This document shows positions 63,595-64,000 of a DNA stretch of 64,000 nucleotides, one piece after another; positions within the stretch are counted from its first letter, which is position 1, and each line of letters starts with the position of its first letter. Source of the stretch: a virus. Position numbers and translations under genes: made by a program. The stretch is from IMG/VR virus record IMGVR_UViG_3300026097_000805, positions 64,001 through 128,000 of that record, one strand, 5' to 3'. The notes under the pieces are model-generated. The model did not search any database and was not told where the DNA came from. It saw only the letters and a list, made by a program, of their open reading frames with translations.

Positions 63595-63870
63595 TCATTT
63601 GCTTTTACCTACATCAACCCAATCACGAAACTTGTGTGCAAATTCCTTTGCATGTAAGTCGTGTTCAAAGTAGAAACTGTGACTGTACACATCTGTGTAT
63701 GTGTCCATGCTCCACTCCCAGCGATTTAGATTTCCTCTACACCAATGTTTACATTGTACATCCAAATCACTGTGTACGTCAACCTGATAGGAATTGGGCT
63801 TCCAACGATTTTTATATTCAAATATTTCTTGCGGTGTCATTTTCATTAAGTCAGTGAAAGGTCGGTTCAT
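63595..63870 (-). CDS. Hypothetical protein
   Basis: MTPQEIFEYKNRWKP...YTDVYSHSFYFE. Confidence 0.7.
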   Translation of the reverse strand: MNRPFTDLMKMTPQEIFEYKNRWKPNSYQVDVHSDLDVQCKHWCRGNLNRWEWSMDTYTDVYSHSFYFEHDLHAKEFAHKFRDWVDVGKSK

Positions 63871-64000
63871 TATCTTCCTCGTTAGGATCAATACCAAAAA
63901 ATTCCATACAAATATCTGCAATAGAATCAGGTATTGTTTCTTCGTCTACTCCTTCAGGTATCCAAATACCTTTAAGTTTTCCTGTTTTCCCGCATACTAT

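Overview
64 kb of a large tailed (jumbo, T4-like myovirus) bacteriophage genome in the standard genetic code, with almost all genes on the minus strand. In window order it holds: a family B DNA polymerase; a block of probable internal-head proteins, several fused to enzymes (5'-deoxyribonucleotidase, Cu/Zn SOD, HIGH nucleotidyltransferase); ClpA, peptide deformylase and DnaJ; a lysis cassette (GH19 endolysin, i-/o-spanin, holin candidates); phoH, thyA, DHFR, ferredoxin, clamp loader, GroES and a stand-alone DnaE fragment; baseplate/tail genes including a 2847-aa protein; IscA, UvsE, QueD and DNA ligase; 20 CCA-encoding tRNA genes in two arrays; then ClpP, glyA and small hypothetical genes. The best candidate for an undescribed system is at 51.9-54.5 kb. 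Each tRNA array is preceded by a short leader ORF that the ORF track misses (25 and 29 aa), followed by a terminator with an alternative antiterminator pairing. The central codons of each leader are read by the tRNAs of its own downstream array: 8/8 amino acids for one array and 11/11 elongator tRNAs, isoacceptor-matched, for the other. This looks like ribosome-stalling attenuation that induces phage tRNAs when the matching host tRNAs run short. The larger array also has an rRNA-operon-like leader (boxB-like hairpin plus boxA-like motif), is enclosed by a perfect 24-bp inverted repeat, and contains an unidentified ~286-nt structured RNA ending in CCA. All assignments were made by eye without database searches; family names come from recalled motifs.
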